This document shows positions 7,845 to 16,840 of a stretch of DNA of 25,163 nt, piece by piece. The first letter of the stretch is position 1; each line of letters begins with the position of its first letter. This DNA comes from Candidatus Hadarchaeum sp. (lineage in GTDB: Archaea; Hadarchaeota; Hadarchaeia; Hadarchaeales; Hadarchaeaceae): positions 1 through 25,163 of the forward strand of contig NZ_JAVZIN010000015.1 in the NCBI RefSeq assembly GCF_038871235.1. The letters run 5' to 3'. The position numbers and the translations under genes are program-made. Under the pieces are notes generated by a model. That model was given only the letters and a program-made list of their open reading frames with translations. It had not been told where the DNA came from and searched no databases.

Positions 7845-7852
7845 TTATATAT
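7845..7852 (+). promoter_or_regulatory. Probable TATA box for the permease/ATPase genes
   Basis: TTATATAT about 28 nt upstream of TTG 7881. Confidence 0.6.
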
Positions 7853-7880
7853 GCACTACACTTTTTAAAAAGGGAGAAAA

Positions 7881-8915
7881 TTGGAACTTAGGACATATAT
7901 CGCCAGGAGACTGCTGCTCCTAATACCGGTGATACTAGGCGTCGTTATCATCATTTTTGTCGTACTGCAATTTTTCAGCCCGACGCAGAGGGCAGCGCTT
8001 TACGTGAGGAACCCTCAGCAATTCAGGGAAATAGACCAGATAATCGAAAAATACCACCTGAACGATCCGGCCTATGTACAATTTTTCTACTGGATAAGCG
8101 AAGTTCTTAGCGGCAACTTGGGTTGGTCCAAGTCGGTTAACATGCCTGTCGCTGAGGCTCTGATGAGATTTCTCCCTGCGACGCTTGAACTAATGATATT
8201 CACCGTCCCGTTGACCATCTTCATCGGGATAAGGCTGGGGGTAACCTCCGCTATTCACCGGGACAAGCCCGTGGATCACATGACCCGGGGACTGGCCATC
8301 GCCGGATATTCCCTGCCAGCATTCTGGCTGGGACTGATGCTGCTGATGATATTTTACGGATTCCTCACTGGTTTATTCCCTCCAGGTAGGCTGGGTCTCG
8401 ATGCTGAGATGGTGGTGAGCTCAGCGTCCTTTGTCAAATACACCTCAATTAACACCATCGATGGGATTTTGAACCTCCGCTTTGACGTGGTCTTCGATGC
8501 CTTAAGACATCTAATCCTCCCCGTTGCCACGCTTACCATCATCAACTTGGCCTTCATCATGCGGATCATGCGCTCGAGTATGCTGGAGACGCTGAACAAG
8601 GACTACATTACGATGGCCCGAGCCAAAGGCCTTGACGAAAAGACGGTGATTAACAAGCACGCCAAGAGAAACGCGTTAATTCCGGCGGTGACCGTGGCGG
8701 GATATCTGGTGGCCTCGTTGATGGCCGGAGCCGTGCTAACCGAAACTGTCTTTAACTACAAGGGGCTAGGCTGGTGGTCAGTTAACGCCGCGGTCCAGCT
8801 TGACATACCTGCGGTTCTTGGATTCGTGCTTTTCATCGGCACCGTGATCGTGATAACCAACCTAATCGTCGACCTGCTCTACGCCAAGATTGACCCGAGG
8901 ATCAGGCTGGGGTGA
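7881..8915 (+). CDS. dppB: Peptide ABC transporter permease, DppB/OppB
   Basis: YIARRLL, GNLGWS, PATLEL, EAA loop DYITMARAKGL, ETVFNYKGLG, DPRIR. Confidence 0.94.
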   Translation: MELRTYIARRLLLLIPVILGVVIIIFVVLQFFSPTQRAALYVRNPQQFREIDQIIEKYHLNDPAYVQFFYWISEVLSGNLGWSKSVNMPVAEALMRFLPATLELMIFTVPLTIFIGIRLGVTSAIHRDKPVDHMTRGLAIAGYSLPAFWLGLMLLMIFYGFLTGLFPPGRLGLDAEMVVSSASFVKYTSINTIDGILNLRFDVVFDALRHLILPVATLTIINLAFIMRIMRSSMLETLNKDYITMARAKGLDEKTVINKHAKRNALIPAVTVAGYLVASLMAGAVLTETVFNYKGLGWWSVNAAVQLDIPAVLGFVLFIGTVIVITNLIVDLLYAKIDPRIRLG

Positions 8916-8919
8916 TGAT

Positions 8920-9972
8920 ATGATCCTAGAACTGCTGCTCTTTGCCATTATTTTCTCTGCGGTTCTATCAGTGCCGGCCCTTTTTATCCGTAGGATCGGG
9001 GCTGGAAAAATCTCAGAAGGTAAACCCCGGGAGACGAAAGAGAAGTTGAGCCGCTGGGGAAATTTCAAGGCCAATATGGGGCCCCAAGTCAAGGAGCTAA
9101 AGTTCTCGCTCAGAAGGATAAGGAAAAGCCCGCTTTCGATGGCCGGAATTTCCATCATCGTCTTCTTTGCCATCATCGCGGTACTAGCTCCAGTGCTCGC
9201 CCCACCCGCCGATCCCAACCGCCCTTACAATATCCCCCGCGACGGCTTTTCCCAGACTCCAAAGCCACCGAGCGAAGCCCACCCATTCGGAACCACCGAG
9301 GGGCAGTTCGACATCTACTACGGCGTCATCTGGGGCACTAGGACTGCTTTCACCGTCGGGTTATTGGTGGTAGGTGCCTCAATGGTGGTAGGTATAGCGC
9401 TGGGGGCCCTAGCGGGATATTTCGGCGGGATAATCGATGAAACAATCATGAGAGTTACGGATATCTTCTTTGCCGTCCCGGCCCTAATCCTGGCGATGGC
9501 CTTCGTGACCGCAATGGGTCCCGGCCTCGACAGCGTGATGAAGGCGCTGATTCTGGTGTGGTGGCCTGTCTACGCTAGGCTGGTCAGAGGTGAGGTGCTG
9601 CAGGCGAAGCAGGAGACTTACGTTGAGGCGGCGCGGGCAATGGGTGCCTCAAACTTTCGAATCATCACCAAGCACGTGCTCCCCAACACGCTGTTCTCAG
9701 TCTTGGTGATGGCATCCTTAGACTTAGGGGCAGTCGTACTCACCGCCGCAGGACTCAGCTTCATCGGTCTGGGTGCACCGCTGGGATACGCGGACTGGGG
9801 GCAGATGATTAGCTTCTCCAGAAACTGGATCGTGGGACCACCGGGGCAACCGTTCCTATACTGGTACACCGTCCTGATCCCCGGCCTATTCATCTTCTTC
9901 TTTGTGCTCGGGTGGAGCCTCCTTGGAGACGCCGTCCGGGACATCTTGGATCCAAAGCTGAGGAGGAAGTAA
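8920..9972 (+). CDS. dppC: Peptide ABC transporter permease, DppC/OppC, with an extra N-terminal hydrophobic segment
   Basis: Start reassigned to ATG 8920 (GGTGA RBS). HPFGT, YVEAARAMGA, KHVLPN, LSFIGLG, LGDAVRDILDP. Confidence 0.93.
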   Translation: MILELLLFAIIFSAVLSVPALFIRRIGAGKISEGKPRETKEKLSRWGNFKANMGPQVKELKFSLRRIRKSPLSMAGISIIVFFAIIAVLAPVLAPPADPNRPYNIPRDGFSQTPKPPSEAHPFGTTEGQFDIYYGVIWGTRTAFTVGLLVVGASMVVGIALGALAGYFGGIIDETIMRVTDIFFAVPALILAMAFVTAMGPGLDSVMKALILVWWPVYARLVRGEVLQAKQETYVEAARAMGASNFRIITKHVLPNTLFSVLVMASLDLGAVVLTAAGLSFIGLGAPLGYADWGQMISFSRNWIVGPPGQPFLYWYTVLIPGLFIFFFVLGWSLLGDAVRDILDPKLRRK

Positions 9973-11145
9973 ATGGCGAAAAAATCCGATCTGTTGGTTC
10001 AAGTCAGGGGGCTTGTGGTGAGGTTCTACACCTACGAAGGCATAGTCAAGGCCCTCAGCGGCATCAACTTGGACATCAAAGAAGGGGAAACACTGGGGCT
10101 GGTTGGAGAAACTGGTTGCGGGAAAAGTGTCACCGCCTTCTCCATCATCGCGCTACCACCACCGCCCGGAAAAATCGAAAAAGGTGAAATACTGCTGAAG
10201 AGCAACGGCGGCTTGATCAACGTCCTGAATCTGCCCAAGGAAAAGCTGCAGGACATTCGCGGGCACAAGATTTCCATGATCATGCAAGAGCCGAGCGCTG
10301 CTCTCAACCCCCTGTACACCATTGGCGACCAAGTCTCGGAGGTGCTGCTCAGGCACCGGGCGGAGACTTTCATCAAGATGGCACTCGAGGAACTTGAAAG
10401 GGACATTGCAGCCGCCGAAAGAAAAGGCTCAAGATTCAAAGCCCGGGTTTACCGCACTTACGCCGGAATCTACCGCAGCATGTTGAAAAATCAGAAATCC
10501 TTGAAGGCCAGAATTGCCTCAAAAATACCTTTTCTCAAGAGATACCGGCGCTGGTTAGATTCCGTGCTGAGAAAGGAGGTGGTCAGACTTTTGGAGGAGA
10601 TGAGGATAGCCAACCCTGGGGGCGTCTTTGACCTCTACCCGCATGAGCTGAGCGGCGGCATGCAACAGCGCGCCGTCATCGCCATGGCCCTCGCCTGCCA
10701 TCCAAAACTGCTCATCGCTGACGAACCGACCACTTCGCTGGACGTCACCGTGCAGGCGCAGATTCTGGATCTAATCCGAGAGCTGAAAAAAGAATTCGGC
10801 TCCTCGGTGCTCTACATAACCCATAACCTCGGAGTGGTGGCAGAAATATGCGACCGCGTTGCCGTGATGTATGCCGGACAGGTCTGCGAGATCGCCGAGG
10901 TAAAGGAACTCTTCAAGAGGCAGATGCATCCCTACACACGGGCCCTGTTCCAAGCCATACCGCGCCCGGGGAAAGGATTTATTTCGATCAAGGGTACGGT
11001 GCCCAATTTGGTCAACCCACCACCTGGCTGCAGGTTCCATCCACGGTGCCCTAGGACCATGGAAATCTGCTCCAAGGAAACGCCGAAGGCTGTTGAGGTC
11101 AGGAAAAACCACTTTGTGGCCTGCCACCTCTACAAGGGTGATTAG
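9973..11145 (+). CDS. dppD: Peptide ABC transporter ATP-binding protein, DppD/OppD
   Basis: [38 protein letters not shown]...C...C; long internal insertion. Confidence 0.94.
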   Translation: MAKKSDLLVQVRGLVVRFYTYEGIVKALSGINLDIKEGETLGLVGETGCGKSVTAFSIIALPPPPGKIEKGEILLKSNGGLINVLNLPKEKLQDIRGHKISMIMQEPSAALNPLYTIGDQVSEVLLRHRAETFIKMALEELERDIAAAERKGSRFKARVYRTYAGIYRSMLKNQKSLKARIASKIPFLKRYRRWLDSVLRKEVVRLLEEMRIANPGGVFDLYPHELSGGMQQRAVIAMALACHPKLLIADEPTTSLDVTVQAQILDLIRELKKEFGSSVLYITHNLGVVAEICDRVAVMYAGQVCEIAEVKELFKRQMHPYTRALFQAIPRPGKGFISIKGTVPNLVNPPPGCRFHPRCPRTMEICSKETPKAVEVRKNHFVACHLYKGD

Positions 11146-12195
11146 ATGGAAGTAATGCTTGAAACACGTGGGTTGAAAAAATACTACCCAATACTGGGCG
11201 GGATACTGAGAAGGAAGAAGGGTGACGTAAAGGCCGTTGACGGTGTTGACCTCAAGATCTACCGTGGCGAGTTCTTCGGGCTAGTGGGGGAATCAGGCTG
11301 CGGGAAGACCACCTTCGGGAAGACGGTGCTTCGCCTGCAAAATCCAACGGCAGGCCACATCTTCTTTGAAGTGCCGGAAGAAATCAAGCTCAAAATAGAA
11401 GAGCTGGAAAATGATGGGAGAAAGTCACCCGAGCTGTCGAAACTTCTACGCGAGTATGATTTCGCCCGCTTCAGCGGAAAAAAGCTCAAACAAATGAGGA
11501 GAAAGCTACAGATAGTTTATCAGGACCCAACCACCTCGCTCAACCCCAGAATGCTCGTCAAAGACATTGTGGGGGAACCGCTCATCATCCATAAGCTAGC
11601 CAGAGGTCATGAACTAGAGGAGAGGGTGCTTGAGCTGCTTTACAGGGTGGGATTAACCAAAGACCACCTCCGCAGATATCCCCACGAGTTCAGCGGAGGT
11701 CAGCGACAGCGCATTGCCATTGCGAGGGCACTGGCAACCAATCCAGACTTCGTCGTGCTCGATGAACCGACTTCCGCTCTCGACGTCTCCGTCCAAGCGC
11801 AGATCCTCAAACTTCTCCAAGACCTGCAGCGTGAACTCAAACTGACCTATCTCTATATTACCCACGACCTCAGCGTTGCTCAATGCGTCTGCAACCGGAT
11901 AGCGGTGATGTACCTAGGCAAGATCGTGGAGCTGGCTAAAACAGAACTATTTTTCAAACGTCCGATGCATCCCTACTCCCGGGCTCTGCTTTCGGCAATC
12001 CCTGTCCCAGACCCCACGGTCAAGAAGAAGAAAATAATCCTGAGCGGAGAAGTGCCCAGCCCGGCCAATCCACCGACGGGCTGCACCTTCCATCCTCGCT
12101 GCCCTTATGCTGACGAAAAATGTCGGCGGGAGCTGCCACGACTGACTGAGGTAAAGAAAGAGCATCTCGTGGCCTGCTGGTATCCGCTGAAGTGA
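11146..12195 (+). CDS. dppF: Peptide ABC transporter ATP-binding protein, DppF/OppF
   Basis: VKAVDGV, GESGCGKTT, YPHEFSGGQRQR, LDEPTSALDVS, HPYS, CTFHPRC. Confidence 0.94.
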   Translation: MEVMLETRGLKKYYPILGGILRRKKGDVKAVDGVDLKIYRGEFFGLVGESGCGKTTFGKTVLRLQNPTAGHIFFEVPEEIKLKIEELENDGRKSPELSKLLREYDFARFSGKKLKQMRRKLQIVYQDPTTSLNPRMLVKDIVGEPLIIHKLARGHELEERVLELLYRVGLTKDHLRRYPHEFSGGQRQRIAIARALATNPDFVVLDEPTSALDVSVQAQILKLLQDLQRELKLTYLYITHDLSVAQCVCNRIAVMYLGKIVELAKTELFFKRPMHPYSRALLSAIPVPDPTVKKKKIILSGEVPSPANPPTGCTFHPRCPYADEKCRRELPRLTEVKKEHLVACWYPLK

Positions 12196-12444
12196 CGGTG
12201 ACACAACACCCTCTATTTCTAACGGCGAAACCACATTTTTGAGTTAGTCGTGACAACTTTTCACAGGTTCTTCTTAAATTAGTTTGGGTCAGCGAATAAC
12301 AGAAAGATCACATCCATCCTGTTTGCGTTAGGAAACCCGAAACTTTGAACGAGTTCGCTGAAAATGTTTTTTATCCTGACTATTTGCACGCTCTTTTTTA
12401 ACTGACATTTTTTACAAATCTGGTAGCCGCGGCTCACTCAGTCT

Positions 12445-13088
12445 TTAAAGAAGGGCCAATCCTTCCTCAGCATAATATGGATTATCACCGGCTGGACGCC
12501 AAGGATTCTTCCCAAACACGCCCCTGATGGCTTCACCAAGGGCACGTGAAGCGGCTTCCCAGCAGTGATGCGGTTCCTGTCCTTTCAAGATATCGAGGTG
12601 GATAGTTGCTTTTAGTCCTTGAGAAAGTCCCTCCAGAAATGCCACACAATCACTTGTGTATAAATCTTCAACACGCTCTGACTTTGCCCCTTCAGCATCC
12701 AGCCCAACAAAGATATTTCTTCTTCCTTCAACGCTGACCATCGCTCGAGCTAAGGCATCATCAAGCGCAAACAGGCCTGCCCCAGCTCCGTCGATTCCTG
12801 CTTTCGATTTAAGTTCAAATAGTTGCGACAGCGCCGCTCCGAGGGTGATTCCCACATCCTCGGTTATCGTGGCTGTGAGCTTTCTTTTCACATTTACTGA
12901 AACACCGACGCTCATGCAGGCTCCCCAAGCAATGGTCTCCAGCATATGATCCAGAAAAGCAAGGCCGGTAGCTATCTCAGTTTTTTCTTTTCTAGGCTGA
13001 CTTCAACCTCCACATCAAGTTCCTTCGTGCTTTTCACCAGCCTGACGTAAGAATCAGAAAGCTCCTTGATATCAAACAATTTGGGCAT
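12445..13088 (-). pseudogene. hisB: Imidazoleglycerol-phosphate dehydratase (HisB)-like gene interrupted by a 1-nt frameshift
   Basis: GGAGGTGA RBS (13095-13102) and ATG 13088 give MPKLF...STKELDVEVEVSLEKKKLR* (TAG 12972-12974). The -1 frame continues TEIATGLAFLDHMLE...EDVGITLG...PHHCWEA to 12445. One added base would give a 214-aa protein. Confidence 0.8.
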
Positions 13089-13107
13089 TTATTTTCACCT
13101 CCGTTTC

Positions 13108-13773
13108 CTAATTGCTTGATGAATTAATAAGTTTTTTAACATCCAAAATGCGCCTTCTCTTCAACCACATTAATTCTTGAGGAATATCCCACACTTTTTT
13201 GGCCCGCTCGATTACGGCGCGGTCGCTGCTCGCGACAACGTCAAATCCCCTGAGCTTTGTATCAACTCCACTCTCAGCAACGGCATCGCCACACAAACCA
13301 GCTTTTTTGATCCTGTCTCTGATCTCCGCTGCCAGCTCGCCGCTGTGGCTGACCTGTTTATCGAAGAACACAACCACCTCTTTAGGTTCTGCCCTTGCTA
13401 CCACCCCAATCAATTCCGCGATTGCACGAGGTGTGGCTGGGCCAGCCCGATACTTTCCGAAGATAGCCCTGAGGTCCCGAATAAAACCGTCGTTGCACAG
13501 GACGACCTGTTTACCCATCAGCAGACTCTCCATCGTTATCAACACGTTGTAACCGTCTATCCCCAATCTTCTGCCCCTGACGCCGCTCAAGCCAACCGCT
13601 TTCTTTCGGTGTTCGTTGACTTCCCTCTCCGAAAAAACGCATCTGGCCAGCAGATGCCTCTCTGCCAGAGGTAGCCGGTAGTGGTTGGAAACGAAGTTTA
13701 CCGCCGATTCTCGAGGGTAGCCCTGATTCAACAGATAAAGCAGGTCCCTCACGGCCCTTCTCACTTTAAGCAT
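13108..13773 (-). CDS. DUF434 family protein (PIN/NYN-like predicted nuclease fold)
   Basis: DLLYLLNQGY, FVSNHYRL, IDGYNVLIT, DGFIRDL, FDxxVSHSGEL, SSD. Confidence 0.85.
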   Translation of the reverse strand: MLKVRRAVRDLLYLLNQGYPRESAVNFVSNHYRLPLAERHLLARCVFSEREVNEHRKKAVGLSGVRGRRLGIDGYNVLITMESLLMGKQVVLCNDGFIRDLRAIFGKYRAGPATPRAIAELIGVVARAEPKEVVVFFDKQVSHSGELAAEIRDRIKKAGLCGDAVAESGVDTKLRGFDVVASSDRAVIERAKKVWDIPQELMWLKRRRILDVKKLINSSSN

Positions 13774-13780
13774 GGAGTTC

Positions 13781-16669
13781 TCACTCTAGATAGATGGCCG
13801 GCCTCAGCGGCAGGGACATCATGGCCCGTTTCTGGGGATCATAGCGAGCTGGATCATCTGCTTCAAACACATGAACCTCGCTCAAACCGAACTCTCCCCG
13901 GATGAAATCGGCCGCCTCCTTCAAGACCTGCAGCTCGTCCAGCGATTTTGAGGCGATAACATCAAGTTCCTGCTGCGGCATCTTCCTTATTTCCTGTACC
14001 ATCTGCTGGAGACACTTGGCTAAGTCGGCTTTTTGCAAGCCGGAGGCCAGCCTTTCTTCCACATCCTTCATCAACTTACCAAAATCAACCGCTCCAGCGC
14101 GCGAGTGCTCGACGGCGATCTGAAACGCCCGCCACTTCCACTCCGGAGCAACATAGAGACACAGTTTTTTCGGTTCCTTCCTCATCACCTTGGTTATTTT
14201 GCCGACGTCCTCAAGAACCCGGAGGAGAAAACTCTCGGCAAACTCCGCTTCCCTATCCACGAGCCCAACATCAACAGTGGGCCAATCCGCGATCGAAACA
14301 AACCTGCTTCTACCCAGCCTCTCCCAGAGCTCCTCACAGATGTGCGGGACCAAGGGAGCCAGCAACCTGAGCCAGACATCCAGCACTAGCTTGAGAACGT
14401 GGGCCCGCACCTCGAGTCTACTCTCCCGCTTCATAAACCAGCGGACGTCCTGAACCAGCATGAAAAAAGCATGTTGGGTTGCCTTTCTGGTCTCAAAGCT
14501 GTCGAGCGCCTCCGTCGCCCCACGGATATGCTCCTGTAACCTGCTCAACATCCACCTCGCCGGCTGGTCGAAGCTGGACACCTTTTCATCAGGTAATGAA
14601 ATTATCTCCTCAGCCAGTGAAACAAAGCGCTCCAGGTTTTTCTGCATGGCCAGGGCCTCGTTAGCTCGCCAGTCAAAATCCTGCCAGGGTTCCACAGTGG
14701 ACATCAAGTAAAGCCTGACGGTGTCCGCCCCATACTTCGCTACCGCCTCATTTATCGCCACGATATTTCCCTTGGATGATGACATCTTCTGGCCCTCCAG
14801 CACCGCGATGCCAAAGTTCACTATCCCCCGCGGACAGAGATCCGGGAACAACAGGGCGTGGTGAAAGATGTGGAAGGTGAGGTGGTTGGGGATCAGCTCG
14901 TTAGCCGACATCCGATAGTCAAGGGGATACCAGTAACTGAACTCCCGCCGCATCCGTTCCAGCTTCTCCAGCTCGATGTTGGTTGATCTAGACAAATCGA
15001 GAGGATCACCCTTTCCATAGAAGACGTAGTCAAAGACTTCGTCGCTCAGTGAATCGGGGTCGATCGTCTTCAGTATATGGGCGATGGTATAGTAGGCCAT
15101 GTAAATCGTTGAATCGCTGAGCGACTCAATTATCCAGCCCGGTGCCCAAGGCGCAGGAGTCCCCATGCCAACGAGACGGGTACAGGGCCATTCATGAAGC
15201 CAGTCAATCGTGTGCTCGAACTGCTCTCGTGTCTCGGGCGGAACAAGGTGCATCCGGGCGAGGCAGGCCCTAGCCTTGTTCTTCCACGCCTCATCCGCGT
15301 AGTTCAGGAACCACTGATCCTCAACAACCCTGACCACGACAGGACTGCCGCAACGACAGGTCACCGGCTTGGCCGAAAATTCAAACATGGTGGACCCCTC
15401 GTTTGCGGCAAGGAGCTCTTCACGCACGGCGATTTTGGCCTGAGAGACAGGCATCCCGGCATACTTCGGGACCCAATCCCTCATCCTGCCCTTGGCAAAC
15501 TCGTTCCGGTAGACCTCCGCGGTGGCCTCCTCCAGCTTGGGGTCTCTCTGGTGCTTAATCCCCAGGCGCCTGACGACGTCAACGGCAGGCGACTCACCAA
15601 ATCCTGCAACCTCGATCAGCGAAATCGGCCTGATACCTGCTACTTCCTCAGGGTCAATCCCATGCTTAAGCAGGGGTTCTGGGTTCTGCTGCAGTTCGAG
15701 TAACGCCACATAATCATAGGGAGCATGCGCCGGAACTGACCCGACAACTCCCGTGGCGTTGTCTGGGTCCACAAAGCTGGCGGGCAAAATCGGCACCATC
15801 TTGTGAATCAACGGCACCTCAACCTTTTTGTTGAAATCTATCTTCACCGGCTTAGTCTCCCCGAGGTCAAACCCCTGCTGGCGCAACTTGTTAACGGCTG
15901 ATTCGCTGACGATCCAACTCTCATCTCCCACCCTGACGCTGACGTAGTTAACCTCGGGATTGAGCCACAGATTGGTCACGCCGAAAACCGTCTCCGGGCG
16001 CAGGGTCGCGGCTGGCAGAATCTGGTCCCCATACCTGTATTTCAAAAGCGTGAACTCAACTATTTCCACGCCTTCGCCCTCAAGCAGGTCGTGGTCGGTG
16101 ACGGGATTACCATCGTTGGGGCACCACTTGACCGGATGTCTGCCCTTAACGATCAAGCCGGCACTCTGAATCTTGTGATACTGCCAGGTGATGAACTTGC
16201 TGTAAGCGGGATCGATGGTGGTGAACTCCCGCCGCCAATCTATGGAAAAGCCGAGTCTTTCCATCCCCTTTCGGTAGCTCAACTCGCTCTGCCGGGCAAA
16301 GTAGTTAGCAAAAAACCTCGGATTTTCAAATTCCTTGAGCATCTCCGGTGGTATCCGATAACGCTCAGTCAGGACCTTTACAAAACCTGGCTCACGTCTA
16401 GCGACGCGCTTGGCCGCCCCAACAATTGGTGTCCCGGTGAAATGATAGGCCATTGGATACAACACGTTGTAGCCGCGCATGCGCTTGTAGCGGGCGATCA
16501 CGTCGGGGACGGTGTAAGTTCGACCGTGACCTATGTGCATCGGTCCTGAGACGTAGGGGTAAGCAACCGTGAGATAAAACTTCGGCTTATCGCTGGGCTC
16601 GGATTCAAAGAGCCTCGCCTCCCGCCAGGCCGTCTGCCACTTGGCGTCAATTTCCGCCCAGTTCACCAT
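13781..16669 (-). CDS. leuS: Leucine--tRNA ligase, archaeal type
   Basis: YPYVSGPMHIGH, DWRREFTT, DHDLLEGE, CP1 editing motifs ATLRPET and ATGVVGSVPAHAPYD, IESLSDSTIY, KMSSSKG. Confidence 0.98.
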   Translation of the reverse strand: MVNWAEIDAKWQTAWREARLFESEPSDKPKFYLTVAYPYVSGPMHIGHGRTYTVPDVIARYKRMRGYNVLYPMAYHFTGTPIVGAAKRVARREPGFVKVLTERYRIPPEMLKEFENPRFFANYFARQSELSYRKGMERLGFSIDWRREFTTIDPAYSKFITWQYHKIQSAGLIVKGRHPVKWCPNDGNPVTDHDLLEGEGVEIVEFTLLKYRYGDQILPAATLRPETVFGVTNLWLNPEVNYVSVRVGDESWIVSESAVNKLRQQGFDLGETKPVKIDFNKKVEVPLIHKMVPILPASFVDPDNATGVVGSVPAHAPYDYVALLELQQNPEPLLKHGIDPEEVAGIRPISLIEVAGFGESPAVDVVRRLGIKHQRDPKLEEATAEVYRNEFAKGRMRDWVPKYAGMPVSQAKIAVREELLAANEGSTMFEFSAKPVTCRCGSPVVVRVVEDQWFLNYADEAWKNKARACLARMHLVPPETREQFEHTIDWLHEWPCTRLVGMGTPAPWAPGWIIESLSDSTIYMAYYTIAHILKTIDPDSLSDEVFDYVFYGKGDPLDLSRSTNIELEKLERMRREFSYWYPLDYRMSANELIPNHLTFHIFHHALLFPDLCPRGIVNFGIAVLEGQKMSSSKGNIVAINEAVAKYGADTVRLYLMSTVEPWQDFDWRANEALAMQKNLERFVSLAEEIISLPDEKVSSFDQPARWMLSRLQEHIRGATEALDSFETRKATQHAFFMLVQDVRWFMKRESRLEVRAHVLKLVLDVWLRLLAPLVPHICEELWERLGRSRFVSIADWPTVDVGLVDREAEFAESFLLRVLEDVGKITKVMRKEPKKLCLYVAPEWKWRAFQIAVEHSRAGAVDFGKLMKDVEERLASGLQKADLAKCLQQMVQEIRKMPQQELDVIASKSLDELQVLKEAADFIRGEFGLSEVHVFEADDPARYDPQKRAMMSLPLRPAIYLE

Positions 16670-16700
16670 ATCAACGCCACCTACAACTAGACAATCTACA

Positions 16701-16708
16701 ATTAAAAA
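16701..16708 (-). promoter_or_regulatory. Probable TATA box of leuS
   Basis: TTTTTAAT about 31 nt upstream of ATG 16669. Confidence 0.45.
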
Positions 16709-16840
16709 GGAAGTTCATCATTTTAGCCTAACCCTCATCCTGCAACCGTCGTCTAGTCGACCCTGGTAGAATGCTCAGGTCAATCGAGGCCTAATTTTAA
16801 GAACCAATTCTATTACTGGGCTTGAGACAACTTTGCCCGC

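Noticed and set aside
14760-14795. KMSSS instead of KMSKS in LeuRS
   Set aside because: A variant known in other archaeal LeuRS; the following Lys is retained.
16670-16840. Possible C/D-box sRNA or K-turn in the alaS-leuS gap (ATGATGA and CTGA on the minus strand)
   Set aside because: CTGA lies upstream of the C-like box with no downstream D box, and the flanking stems pair poorly.
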